Origin: Paraphysomonas bandaiensis
Taxonomy: Eukaryota; Protista; Chrysophyceae
Assembly: GCA_965644295.1 (NCBI GenBank)
Contig: CBFFRP010000216.1
Location: 1 to 64,000 of the forward strand
Direction of reading: 5' to 3'
DNA: 64,000 bases
Shown in pieces: positions 1 to 12,550 of the stretch (position 1 is the stretch's first letter; each line of letters begins with the position of its first letter). The position numbers were made by a program, and so were the translations under genes. Under the pieces are notes generated by a model. The model saw nothing but the letters and a program-made list of their open reading frames with translations, did no database searches and was not told where the DNA came from.

Positions 1-267
1 ACTTTATTATGATTGTATACACAATTGTGTGTGTTGTCATGCAACATCATGTCAACAACATGATAAATTATTTCTTTGTTCATAGCTATCCACTGCTCAA
101 CTTCCGTATCTTGAACTCGTCATGATATAATACTTCACGCTTGCACAGTTATAGCTATAGAGCAGCAACTTCTAGTATCTATTGACAGTACGATATTACT
201 GTTTTTCTGCATTGTATTTAACGTATTCTACAGTACTATCTTAGAGAAACGCATACGTACTCCAACA
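1..267 (-). repeat. 3' LTR of Copia element 1 (partial)
   Basis: Colinear with 5203-5448 but carries about 20 extra single bases. Preceded on the minus strand by the polypurine tract. Confidence 0.92.
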
Positions 268-417
268 CTCCTCCTCAATGTAGAAACGAGTAATCGTCAT
301 TATACTGCAGCTATATATATCATCTAGTCATCTTAGGATAAAACGGATGTGAAAATCTTCATAAAGTAGATACTGTGAACATACACACTGGGCTGTGAAC
401 ACAGTTATGTGGGATTC

Positions 418-3400
418 TTACCCACTAAAAACACACCACTTAACCTTTCTTGTACCGCTTCTTCTGATTCTTCTCAAAACATTTGAAATGCTCCTCTTTT
501 CCCCTGTGATAGTTTCTTCATGGAGTTTAAAGAGCTTTGTAGATAACGCTTTTGTAAATATGTCGGCCGCCATATCCTTAGTCGATACGTGAACTCGACC
601 CGGCTGTGGAAACCTTCCATTTACGTGTTCCACGAACTCCAGTGGTACTTTATCTGAATGTGTTTTGATCTTTTTGTGGTAGACTGGATTTCTCTGACAT
701 GATCTTTTGCACTTCTTGCTGTCCATGAAGAATGGGGTTGGCTTCGTCAATGCGAGTCCTAGCTCTCGTAATACCCCCCGAAGCCACACCAGTTCTTGCA
801 TGGCCGCATATTCTGCCATATACTCGGACTCCATACTGGAAGTTGCAACTGTAGTCTGCAGTTTGGACTGCCATGCGATTGCTCCAGCACATAAGAATAC
901 AATATAACCGGTAGTTGAACGTCTCGTTAGTATATCACCTGCCCAGTCCGCATCACTAAATACATGTAAATCAAACTTACTCCCACTGAATTTGATTCCT
1001 TTGCTGGTGGTGCCTCTCAAATATTTCAATAAATGAATAGCTAAACGACACGATGCGTATGTAGGATTACTGCTGTATCTCGATAGTAGTCCGATTGCAT
1101 AGGCGAGATCTGGTCTTGTGTGGAGTGCGAGATACAGGATTGCTCCAATAATACTACGATACGGAAATTTTGAGACCCATTCCTCCTGTTCTGATGTAAG
1201 TTCCCGTTCTGCAGCTAGTAGTTCTTGTGCATTTGATGGCAACGGAGCTTCCTTATTCTTTCTACTGTTCCCCATGACATGGTTGAATTTCTGAATCACT
1301 TTCTCCGCATACTTTGATTGATCTAGTTTGAACCAGTCTTCGCCTCTCGTGATTCGAATATTTAGGAAACTTTGGCACTTTCCCATGTCCCTCATTTCAA
1401 ACGTTTGGCAGAACTTGTTCTTGACAAAAACAAGGAATTCAAAATCCACAGATGCGATAATGATGTCATCTACATACAGGAGTAATAACGTAAGTTTGCC
1501 TTGGTGCCAACGATAATATAAGCAGGTATCTAACACGCATGATCTAAACTGCATTGACTTTATGAATTTATCGATGTGGCGATTCCACTGACGCGGTGAG
1601 GCTCGTAAACCATATAGTGCTTTGATGAGTTTAAAACACCATCCATTGCTGAGCTCCTCATCTGGAGGTGGGTACATGTAGACATCTTCATCTAAATTTG
1701 CATAACAAAATGCAGAACTGACATCAAGCTGGTGTACATGCATATGGAACATAAAAGCAATTGCAATCACGAGCCTGATAGTTATCCCTTTGACAACCGG
1801 TGCAAAATGTAGATGGCTCCTCCTCAGTTTTCTCCTGAAGATTTCCTAGTGCGACTAGTCGAGCTTTATACTTCTGTATGTTGCCTAGTATGTCACGCTT
1901 GAGTTTGTGAACATACTTACATCTGATTAATTTGACCCCAGATGGTCGACGTACTATCTTCAAAACGCCTCTTTTGTAAAGAGCTTTCTTCTCTATTCGT
2001 CTGGCTGTTCTCCATTCGTCCGCTTGAGGGGACCTCTCCGCCTCTAGAAAACTGTTCGGTTCATGGACGTGTTTATTCTCAGTACTCTCCTCTGAATCCA
2101 TGACATTTACATCGGCATCCATTACCTCTATCATGTTAATTTCTCCTAACACTGAAGCATTAGCTAGCCTCCTCCGTAAACGCTTACGTTTCTCTGCATC
2201 CCTTTTAGATACTCTCTGTAGGGTATTAGTACTGTTAGAATTTATAGTATCAGTATATTCAGGTACTCCCTGTTTTACTGCTCGATCAGGTTCTCCCTGA
2301 GCTGCATCTTCATCAAGTACTCCTTGAGTCATATCTTCATCAGGTGCTCCCTGAATAATACCATGGTTAACTAGCTGCTCCTGATGGCTCTCAGGTGCTG
2401 GGATAGTGGACGTACTCCGTCCATCAGTGGTACTAGAAGCGTCCCTCGTTCCCGTATATCCCGTGTATCCAGGCGTATTCCTTGTCATTACCTGAACATC
2501 TTCTATATGTATGGGTACCTTCTGCTCAATGTGGGTTCTCCCCGCAGTTACAAGTGACCGATAACCAACAATGACACCCTTTCTTTCTACCACTCTGGTG
2601 GTCTTGTACAACAGCCCGTCTTCATCGTCTATGTGAAAAGTCTTCACGAGATGCTGATAATCATTCACCGTCTTTGGTCTAGGTGCTGTTCGTACTCGGA
2701 GAGCGTCGATTTCTGCGTAATATTCTTCGGTGCGGGAAGGTATACTCTCATCTGTGAGTATGTGTACACACGTAATTACCTTATCGGTTGCTGGGAGATA
2801 CACCTGGTATCCAACTTTATCTTCCGAATATCCCACTAGGTATCCCAGTCCTTTCGCCTGTCCGCCTTAGGTGTCAATATATAAGTTTTGCACCCCCATA
2901 CTCTAAAATATTTCAAACTGGGTGGCTGACCCGTGACATACTCATATGGGGACATGTATCCTCTGTCCGTCCTTGTAGGGAGTCTGATCAGTGTATAGCG
3001 AGCAACATGATACGCGTCTAACCAGAATGGAACCGGTAGGCCTGACTGCAACAACATCGCCAACGCCATCTCTGATGCAGTCCTGAATTTTCGCTCCTCT
3101 ACTGCATTCATTTCCGGACTATCTGTTGAAGACCAAGTATGTTTGTAGCAGCCTTGTGATCTCAAATAGCTCCTAAGTTCTTGATTTATGAGTTCTCCAG
3201 CTCCATCAGCGTGGTAGTGGTCCACTCTCAGCTTATATTGCCTAATCTCTCCTTCGAACACCTCTCTAAAAAACTGAATCACTTCTTCTTTAGTACGCTG
3301 GTTTACGCCTTTTACCCAGAACATCCTACTCGGGTGATGAGTTAGTTTGATCACGTAGCGCTCATCACCTCGAGCGGGAGTATTCAGAAATACATGCACA

Positions 3401-5145
3401 TCAGCCGATATGTCCGGCTTGACATCCGTATCCTCCTTTGTGTGAAACAAAACTCTCGTAATCTTTGATCTGGCACATATGCTACAGAGACAAGATTTTT
3501 TTAATGCAGTCTTCGATAGGTGCTTCCTCTGCAGATTTGAGCCAGTGAACAACATCCTTCTATGTGCCTCCGTTAGAGCCCCTTTGTTGAAATGGCCCAT
3601 TCTCCTATGCAGCAGTTCCAGCTCGTCCTCACCAGTCCTATCGCTAAGATTTACTTCACAATTACTCGGTGTAGACACATCTGGAAGCTCCAACAGCTGC
3701 TGAGTTGGAACTGCAGTCATTCCATTCTTCATGGGTCCCTCCAGTACCAGCTCACCGGTATTACAGTCATAAATTTGGATCCCATACCACACCGTGAATC
3801 GATAGCCCATTTCGTTCAGCTTACGTCCGGAGCACAGGCATCGATTGATCTGATCTGAAATTTCTATGTCTCTCCATGCTCCACGGGAACCCACACTTGT
3901 GATATGAATCTCTGATCCCTTCTTAGATCCGTTTATCACCTTTGATGTATTCATATGAGTGTCAAGCATGGTCACATCATTAATCAAGAACATTGATGAT
4001 GAACAGCATGTATCTATGTATGTATAGTGTTCAGCAGTACCAATCATACAACATGTGTTACTTTTATCATATATATCAACAGCACAGTCATAAAGCATAT
4101 TCGCCTCGGACTCCGAGTCAGACTCGGTTCCTCCTCTGCGGATATTCTCGAATGTGAAAACCTTCCCAGATTTCTGGGGTTTCTTGGTCTTTCCAGTCGA
4201 ATTTCGGGGACATTCGTTCGCGCGATGGTTTTTGGATTTGCATACTGTGCATCCTGTATATTCCTTACTGCCCGGTCTTTGTCCCTTCGTTTCCCCCTTT
4301 TTCTTCCTACATTGTTCTGTATTATGATTGTGTATTATACCTTTCTTCGAGCAATAAGTGCACTTCCTCTTTGTAGATACTCTCTCTTTCTTTCGAGGCT
4401 TTTCAATATGATTCAGCTCCTCCGTGCTCTTGCGCTTCTTCTCTATGATTTTCCTCCCATACTTGGTGTCGTCGAACTGTTCGATACGTTTGGATAACAA
4501 TTCGTATGGTACATCATCGGGCATTAAATACAGGGCATAATTCAAACCGTCATATTCATCACTGATAATTCCCTCCTTCAGCCTACTAATTTTTGATTCT
4601 TCCGTTACCGTTTGGTTATGCGCCTGAAGTTCACGAAGAAGCAGCTCAAAACGCAGTACATACTCTTTCGCGGTCTCCCCTGGCTTCATCTCGAATGATC
4701 CAAACTGAGCAAGCAGAGCACTAATCTTGTTTTGTGTTCCTCCTTCAAAACACGATTTAATAGTGCTAACCATCTCTCTGGCGCTGAACTTATTAACTCT
4801 TCCTTCAGCTGCCTTGAACTCCTTGTGCTTCAGATGAAACTTCTGCAGCGCCTTCGGAGATCGCTTCACCGCCTCTCTGCAGTATGAGTAGGCAATTGCA
4901 TTCGCCTTCCAATACTTGTCCACCGCTTCTTTGTAGGACTTAGTCTCAAGACTATTCAGGGGTTGAATTCCGAAATCCTCTTCCTCTGGTGGCCTTTCTA
5001 GAGCCACCTCACTCTGCTCCTTTCTCATAAGGAACGTCTCAAAGTCTTCGATCCATTGTTCAACGTTGCTCTCGTCGAACCATGGAACATCAGCTCTATC
5101 CTCCTTCTCTCCTCCGCATTCGCTACCATATTGACAAAAGACCAT
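418..5145 (-). pseudogene. Copia gag-pol polyprotein, broken by frameshifts near 2840, 1800 and 640-720
   Basis: ORFs 2836-5190, 1724-2836 and 418-1770 are consecutive pieces of one polyprotein (KARLVALG, LDVSSAF, ALYGLRASPRQW, YVDD, ADIFTKAL). Confidence 0.92.
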
Positions 5146-5448
5146 TTTCAGATGATTAAGATCGTTGTAAGAGAAGTTTAAGTTAGTCAAACTAGATAGA
5201 TTACTTTATTATGATTGTATACACAATTGTGTGTGTTGTCATGTAACACATGTCAACAACATGATAAATTATTTCGTTCATGTTAACCACTGCTCAACTT
5301 CCGTATCTTGAATCGTCATGATATAATACTTCAGTTTCACAGTTATAGCTATATAGCACCTTTGACTATTGACTACGTATTACTGTTTTTCACATTGTAT
5401 TTAACGTATTCTACAGTACTATCTTAGAGAACCATACGTATTCCAACA
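5129..5448 (-). repeat. 5' LTR of Copia element 1 (~320 bp)
   Basis: Begins TGTTGG and ends TCAATA (probably mutated TCAACA) directly before TGGTAGCG. Matches 1-267 and the solo LTR at 13987. Confidence 0.85.
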
Positions 5449-5946
5449 CTAATTATATATTCTGCTGAACGAGGGAAAGTATTAACAATGTTTTATAAAC
5501 ATATAATAGACGTAGCTATGTGGTAGTACTAGTTACAGTAGCAATGGTATAGAAGTAATGTTTATATTAAGTACTAGATCATACACAATATAATATATAA
5601 TCTTCTGGAATTGAGGCGTTCATCGATTGATGCCAGTCGTGGTGTATCAAGGCAACTACTGTTTCATTATATGTAGTACTTAAATCAATGCACTCAAAGC
5701 TAAGATATAAGAAAATAATACTCCATTAGACCAAATATCTCCGACACAGTCGAAAATATACGAAGCACGCATTTTCAAAAACTGACTACAAGCTCCATTA
5801 TGTTTCTCTACAGTTACACACCATGGTAATACCTTAAGACGGTTCAAACATTCATCACCATCATTCCTATATCCTATATATACAGTGTTCCACAACCATG
5901 ACCGTAAGAGAAAGAATAATACCCATGTTGGGGGTGAAACAGAGGT

Positions 5947-6904
5947 TTACTTCACAGAAGGAATGTAGCTGAGATAGTCAAAGGACCCATCGATGCCAAG
6001 TAGCCTGTCAACCTACAGTAGAAATACCGCATAGTAGATTATATAATCAAAACTTGTATATAACATATTTCATTAACAGGTATGAAGCTACAAGTTAAGC
6101 AGCACGCATGTCCATGTCCTTTCGACATAGAGAAGCGAGGTACTACAATATTACATACACAATAAAAAACGATTACCTCTTTTCCAGCCATCCCTTTTTT
6201 CTTACACAAGTACTTCTTCACACTCCATATATTTTCCGTCCATCTATCAGCACTCTGATGGTTGATTTCAGCTTGACTTGTAATTCTTTTCACTTCTTCG
6301 GGATCATTCGCACTTCTCTTTGATATCTAACATAGATATAATGATGCCATTGTCACAGTAAAGTATAGTTAATTATATACCTGCACGTCCACTTCATGTA
6401 ACTCGTCTCTTAACCGCTTCAACTTTTCCAACTACATGAGCATGCCATTACTAAATCCACTATCAGCAGCATCATGTACATAAACCTACTTTAGAGGCAC
6501 GATCAGTGGCACATCTCACTGCCTGAAGCTCTTTGATTTTAACTTCCTCAGTTTCACAGTTGGATTTTGCCGACTTAATGGATTCTTCAAGAGCTGTGAC
6601 TTTGAGGGCATTTTCATGATAGGCTTGGATAGGGAAACTCCAAAAGAAGTTCGATGAACCAATCTTATCACAGTGAACCAAGGAGTCATCCACTAAACTT
6701 TGATTCTGATCTTTAATCTACAATTAGTACATGTCAATTACAAATGTTTCTCTCATAGAATCTTACAGTCTGCTGTACAACACCTCTTTTAGATGCTAAA
6801 TTTTCAATTTCTTTTAAATTAAAAGGCTCTTTTTGACTATGATAAATATCAAGAATGATTTGACGCTTTTCTTCAGCTGAAAGTCCTTTCTTCTTCTTAC
6901 TCAT
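5947..6904 (-). CDS. MND1: Meiotic nuclear division protein 1 (multi-exon)
   Basis: Manual translation gives MSKKKKGLSAEEKRQIILDIYHSQKEPFNLKEIENLASKRGVVQQT / LVDDSLVHCDKIGSSNFFWSFP / ADRWTENIWSVKKY / VDRLLGIDGSFDYL. These are the Mnd1 hallmark motifs, joined by GT-AG introns. Confidence 0.93.
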
Positions 6905-7167
6905 ACTGTGTATAAAGCCTAAATTGAAATCGGAATAGATGCAGAGTTTCTTGTAATATTACGGAGTTCTATCGTGCTTCTAATTAAGTATTTGGAATTG
7001 GCTCTATGCATATACCACATCAATACATACATACTGCTGGGGATGTATACGGTATACCATATCCACGCTGCTGCTGTATGTATTCGTATACCTCGTTTAG
7101 AAGTGTGTCCTGTATGTGAATACCTATACATTGCCACATTTTCTAGGAATTATACACAACTCTTCTG

Positions 7168-7197
7168 GTACAGCAGTATGAATACATACTGCTGTAC
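7168..7197. promoter_or_regulatory. Palindromic pair of the TACAGCAGTA motif in the MND1/ERCC8 shared promoter
   Basis: gtacagcagtatg-aata-catactgctgtac is a perfect 13-bp inverted repeat. Confidence 0.5.
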
Positions 7198-7400
7198 GTA
7201 TAGGATTTTTACGTAGATATTTCGTACCATGATATACAGCTGGTGTACATATGTACATAGACAGCAGGTACTGCTGTATATATAGAGCAGTACATACATA
7301 CTGCTGTACTGGAGCAGATGCATGTCCTGTTAAGGTATTGATATACACACCTATCGATACAGAGAATAATAACCACATTGGCAATCTCCATGATATTGTT

Positions 7401-8961
7401 ATGAACCCATTGCTTATTAATTGGGAAAGAGAACGACATATTACGGGTTGCATATCCGGATGGGCCACTTCTCGTGAATTGTATCGCATAACACGCTGTC
7501 AGATCCTCAAGTCATCAGTGCTGTCTCTTGAGCTATCTGTACATCATGAAATACATTCAGGACATAGAGGTTCTGTTCATTGTATTGCTGTTGATGACGT
7601 GGAATCAAGATATGTCCTTTCGGGTGGAAATGATGCCAAAATATGTTTATATGACTTAGAGAGCAAGCAGTTGTCGGATTCTACAGCACAGCAAAGTGAC
7701 AGTGGTTCATTGCCAACGATTGTATCCCCTCCGATTTGCAGTACAACACGTAGTTCATCTACTGGTCATGAGTTTTCAGTGACATCTGTTTTCTGGTATC
7801 CTAATGACTCCGGTGCATTCATATCATCTGCATGTGATGGCAAGGTCCTTGTATGGGACACAGATTTATATGAAATAGCAGGGTGTTTTCAATTAAACAG
7901 TAAAGTATATAGTGCCAGCATGCATACCGATGGGGTTAATTCTTTGGTATTGTGCGCCACAGCTGATAAAGGCATACGTCTTTGTGACCTCTCTTCAGGT
8001 GAAACTACGCAACTTACAGCAGTATTCATGTAGCTAATAGAATGCGGATTTTGTATTGTTGCACTTTAGTTACTATCAATTATTAGCTGAACATTTGCAT
8101 GCAGGTGACTGCGCTCATATACTTGGTAATCCTTCTGACTGTGTTTATTCCGCCTCGTGGTGTCCGAACAACGAGTATCATGTCGCATCAGGCAACCAAG
8201 ATGGTAGGGTACAGATATTTGATATTCGTAGAGCTGGTCATCATGCCGTGTTAATGTCCTTTGATAGCCAACAAGACCACACCCATTTTATTAGCAGGTC
8301 CACATATCAAACAGTAAATTGGAATCGCCATGCAGCAGCACAGGCACATAGCAGGGACGTCATAAGCGTAAAGTACTCTCCCAGCGGACAACATCTCATA
8401 TCTTTTGGGAGCGATGGAAAGATACGGCTATGGGAAGCCGCTACAGGCTATTTGCATCCAATCCAGTACTCTCCTGCACGCAAGTCTAAAATGAGTTATT
8501 ATATTGATGTGTTTGATTATACGAATGAAGGAGCTGGAAGTGAATTACTAGCTTATCCTGATTGCGAAGGTAGTATTCTAATTGCATCGCTGTAGAGAGT
8601 GCTTCTATTTTTTGTAATATAACTTACTCCAGTTTTGTGTATAGGCAATATATTGCTGACGCCTATGCACTCGTCCACTGGTCAACCGGTTCACATTTTG
8701 CGTGGACATTTGGATGTGGTAAATGGCACTCAGCTTTTGCCAACTGGTCGTGCCATATCTTGTGGTAGAGATGGCATGATATTCTTGTGGGCACCACCTG
8801 TAGACAGTGAGGTGTTAGAAAGAGCATCCAACCATGGAAAATCAACAGTAGATGCGTGGTCAGATAGTGACAATGACAGCACCGAGGATGGAAACAATAA
8901 TAGAAGATCATTTGTGCCAGCTATTTTAGATATGTACCGACAGGATATTCGTAGTAGATGA
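7401..8961 (+). CDS. ERCC8: WD40 DNA excision repair protein ERCC8/CSA-like (2 introns)
   Basis: WD40 repeats with VESRYVLSGGNDAKICLYDL and GHEFSVTSVFWYPNDSGAFISSACDGKVLVWDT, plus the C-terminal DAWSDSD tail typical of CSA. Confidence 0.88.
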
Positions 8962-9039
8962 TTGTGGTGATTTTTGTGATTGTATTTGTCGTGATAAGTA
9001 AATGTGAAGTTTATTTTATGTGAAGTGATTAATACACAG

Positions 9040-9601
9040 TAGGGATGCGTTACAAGTAATTGACGCAGGTTGTAGTAAATTATAATTGCGAGTATTATAT
9101 GCTGTCTTAATAAATTGACTATTAATTTATTATAAACCAAGTACTCAAGTACCCATACTCTATCCCCCGTCATAGCTTACTCAAGTGTCGTTTCATTCCA
9201 GAGGCGATGATTCATGAACATAGATAGCGCAAAATACTGTGGAAGAGTACTCGTAGGTAAATCAGTAACAATAACCTTAACTCTGTTGAATGAAAGCTTT
9301 CAACCTGATTGTTTGTGGCGTTGTGGCGTATATGTGCTTCATGCTGCCTGCTATCCTGAACTAGATCCTCATCTTGTTTTCAATAAGCAAAAATATATAG
9401 TCTGACTTTTTCTAATTGGTATCCCTTGCACCACACAAGTATTAGACTATGAGTGGGCAGAACAATATCAGGCACACATTAATATCGATACTCATCCCCC
9501 ACAACACCACGAAAAGGTGCGAGACCGACTTTGTTGAGGATGATCAATTATAATTGCTATTATTATTTGATGTCCCTGCAATTAATTGATACGCACCCCT
9601 G
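9040..9601. mobile_element. Non-autonomous hAT-type element (MITE)
   Basis: TIRs TAGGGATGCGT / ACGCACCCCTG, 8-bp TSD atacacag / ctacacag (7/8 match), and AATTG-rich subterminal repeats. Confidence 0.75.
9410..9540 (-). repeat. Fragment homologous to the 5' end of the 44029-44533 retroposon
   Basis: Clear similarity to 44370-44533 (ccacacaag...tatgagtgggcagaa...caccacgaaaagg...ccgactttgttgagg). Confidence 0.85.
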
Positions 9602-9620
9602 CTACACAGGGCAGAGGTAT

Positions 9621-10034
9621 TGAAAGTTTTATTATCAGCAAAATGTGCACCAGCTTAATAGCTATTTAATGTCTTTTTATTTAGCAATAGGCGTTAAAAA
9701 CTCGTTCCGATATAGTGGCTAGTTGAATACTAGTCTACTAGTTAGACCTCTACCCATAACTAATCAGCACAAATTCTATTATCCTACTATTTAACGCTAC
9801 AGAAGCTGCTTGTGCGTCGCCGCAAGTACCAAGGTGCAACCACTTCCGTGCTCAATAGCTAGATGGACAAACCAGTCCAGCTAGATAGATATATCTACTT
9901 ATAACTAACTAGTACAAAATCTTATATCCTACTATTTAACGCTACGAGAATTGCTTGTGCGTCGCCGCAAGCACCAAGGTGCGATCATTCTCGCTATATG
10001 ATAGATGTGTATGTCGGCATTGTGCCAAGTGGCT
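9621..10034 (-). mobile_element. Truncated tandem copies of the 3' part of the 44029-44533 retroposon
   Basis: 9680-9855 and 9860-9990 match 44040-44215 (tatcctactat..aacgctac..gcttgtgcgtcgccgcaagcaccaaggtg). Possible TSD cagaggtat at 9612 and 10035. Confidence 0.7.
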
Positions 10035-10650
10035 CAGAGGTATGTGGATAAAGGTGTTGATCTACTGTGAAGAAGCGTCGGAAACGGCTCTGTTGTTGTC
10101 CTAATCACTGAAACTGACAGGGCTGCGTCAACTGTTAATTTTTCATTAATTGACGCAGGTTGTAATCAATTGTAATACCATTGCAAGTAATTGACAATTA
10201 ATTGATGCTAAAATATGTACTCAAGTAGCTATATATATGCATGTATTACTTCTGCAGACATATATTTTAGGGACGATGATCATTGACATAATAGGTTGCT
10301 CTAAATACTAAGTGGTGACCTCCTCGCATGCATGTATTACTTCTGCAGTAGATTTTCTATATTTTAGCTTTCAAGATAGCAACACTACGGTTCAAATTAA
10401 TATAACTACAACATGTAGTCAGTGCGATTATTACATCAATAGTTCATAACTATCGAACTGAAAATCAATTCAACATAATGTTGTTGATGCTATTGAGAAA
10501 TGATTGTACAATCGTTGCATTTAAGATAACCAATGGGTAAACTTCGTGCAGTTAGTGCAGCATATTTCAGACTCACTATTCGTACTCCATCACACAGCGT
10601 ACTGTATAAAGCAAGAACAGATAGACGTGCACAGCACATGAAGAAGGCCA

Positions 10651-12074
10651 TTAGATATTGAAAACGGAAGTGTAAGATCCACCCTCAGTGGCCAGACCAC
10701 AAGTGTTGCTTCCATATGTGATACGGATATTTCCCTCCTCACCCCAATCAGCCGACCAGGAGTTGCGGATCTACAAAATCAAAGCATTACTCCATGTAAG
10801 CTTGGACATAAAATGTAATACAACACTCACCTTCCACCAGCCGTTCTCCCCATTGTCAACTCCCACCAATTGCACAGCATGGTTAATATCTGTGCCTTTT
10901 CCACAATCCGCCATCACACCGCCTGTGTATGTATTCCAGGTAGTGGCATCCACGCCGATAGAAACGGTACCTGAAGAACATCTATCAGAAAGGAAATAGG
11001 GTAGGCTTCAGTATCGTCATCGACAATAATCAAAAGTACGAATGGATGTGTGGATATGTACACACCGGTGGATAGTACGTAGGTTGTGAATCCCTCCTCT
11101 GTAGCCTTTACATCGTCAGCAAGAATCATTTCGTACCCGTTGACCCCCATGACATAATTAGTCTTAGTTCTATCGCAGCGACCATCTTTGCCGTAGTAGG
11201 AGGTGTAGGGATAATCGGCCTCTGTTACAATACCTCCATTTTCACGCACATAATCAAAAGCGGTTTCCTACATGAGAACAAAGACGATTAAAACATGCAC
11301 CCACAGGACGCACAAAATGAGATAATGAACTGCAAAAATCAGTAGTACTCACAAAGACATAGCGCAATTCTACAGCGACATAATTTTACCTGCAGACCAC
11401 CATTGCAACCCAATTGTCCCTCACCATGGTCACAATCAACAAGTTGTTGAACAGAGAGAGATAGACTTGCGGGGTTGCCAAATAAACGCATACCATCAGA
11501 CTCTATCTGTTCGGCGGCTGCATGAGCCCAGCATGACCCGCAGTGACCCTGTCATGTAGTACGACAAAATTGTTATAACAATGAGGTTACAATGCATCAC
11601 AAACAAAAAGCATCATCAATAAGGTGATTACACCCATTTCAACCAATCTCTCACCTGATCCTTGATAGCAGTGGTCTGCTTTCCAGTGTAGTCAACAGAT
11701 CCATATTTACCATCATAAGCAGGCATATTAACAATAGTCGCATTGAGCTGTTTGAACTTATGGGGAATATTCTTATCGAGGAAAGTCTCTTCAAACTCCT
11801 CTTGAGTCATATCTGAGAATCTCGTGATGCCATGCACAGCACTTCCACCAGAAGCAGCCTCACGAGCATTTCTTTCATCAATTACTTTTAATTGTTCAAC
11901 AAAAATATTGAATCTATGAGTTTCTTCTTCCATAGTCGAGTAACTCTTGCGATGCTCGTGTTTAAAGTCATCAAAGAGTCTCTTAAGCATTACAGGACAA
12001 TCTGTGCTTAGTTTGGATACTTCAGATGCGCCAATAGCACACAGAGTGGCAGCTACAATAGTTTTGTACAGCAT
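10651..12074 (-). CDS. Papain-family (C1A) cysteine protease with I29 propeptide, 4 introns
   Basis: Signal peptide, ERFNIN-like THRFNIF, spliced QGHCGSCWA, NHAVQLVG and IRNSW. Confidence 0.93.
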
Positions 12075-12550
12075 GGTTATAAAGGGTTACTTGAATAGAG
12101 GTAGGTTGCAATAGTAGTTAGCCTGTCGCTGGTCGGATGGTGATATATTAATATATGGGAAACCACGTATGCATCTCAGGAATACACATGCTGCTGTTAG
12201 GTATGGTATGTAAGGCATTGTCCATAGGAGACAAGTACGACTGCAGTACATACGGGCTACATGGATATACTCCAATGATATGTGGTTTACCAAACCAGTT
12301 TAGACGGATTACATGTTGAAAACTGAATATCATACAACGGTACAAGATATGATGACGAGTGTTCTGTCCGCAGGTACCGTCATCTCACTAGATACGCATC
12401 ATCTACTATACGAAGATATGATGCATCTAGATGTATCTGATAGCATCATACGCATATATGCATATATATAGAGAGAGACCTCACATAACAGTCATAATAT
12501 TAACCAGTCTCTATCCCCAGTTACCCAACCCTTACCTAACTACTTGAACA

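Larger units (their letters stand above)
1..5448 (-). mobile_element. Ty1/Copia LTR retrotransposon, nearly full length (3' LTR cut by the window edge), with disrupted gag-pol
   Basis: 1-267 repeats 5203-5448 (LTRs, minus strand starts TGTTGG). PPT TGAGGAGGAG lies at 268-277 and PBS-like TGGTAGCG at 5121-5128. Domain order is gag Zn knuckles, protease (YIDTCCS), HHCC + DDE integrase, RT (LLYVDD), RNase H (SDADWAG...TGY). Confidence 0.96.

Noticed and set aside
2836-2838. Programmed stop readthrough or frameshift in Copia pol
   Set aside because: It lies mid-integrase, the downstream ORF is in another frame, and conserved residues are missing. A deletion explains it better.
5640-5900. Kinase-like fragment (GDIWSNGVL) on the minus strand
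   Set aside because: A single motif in a short ORF is insufficient.
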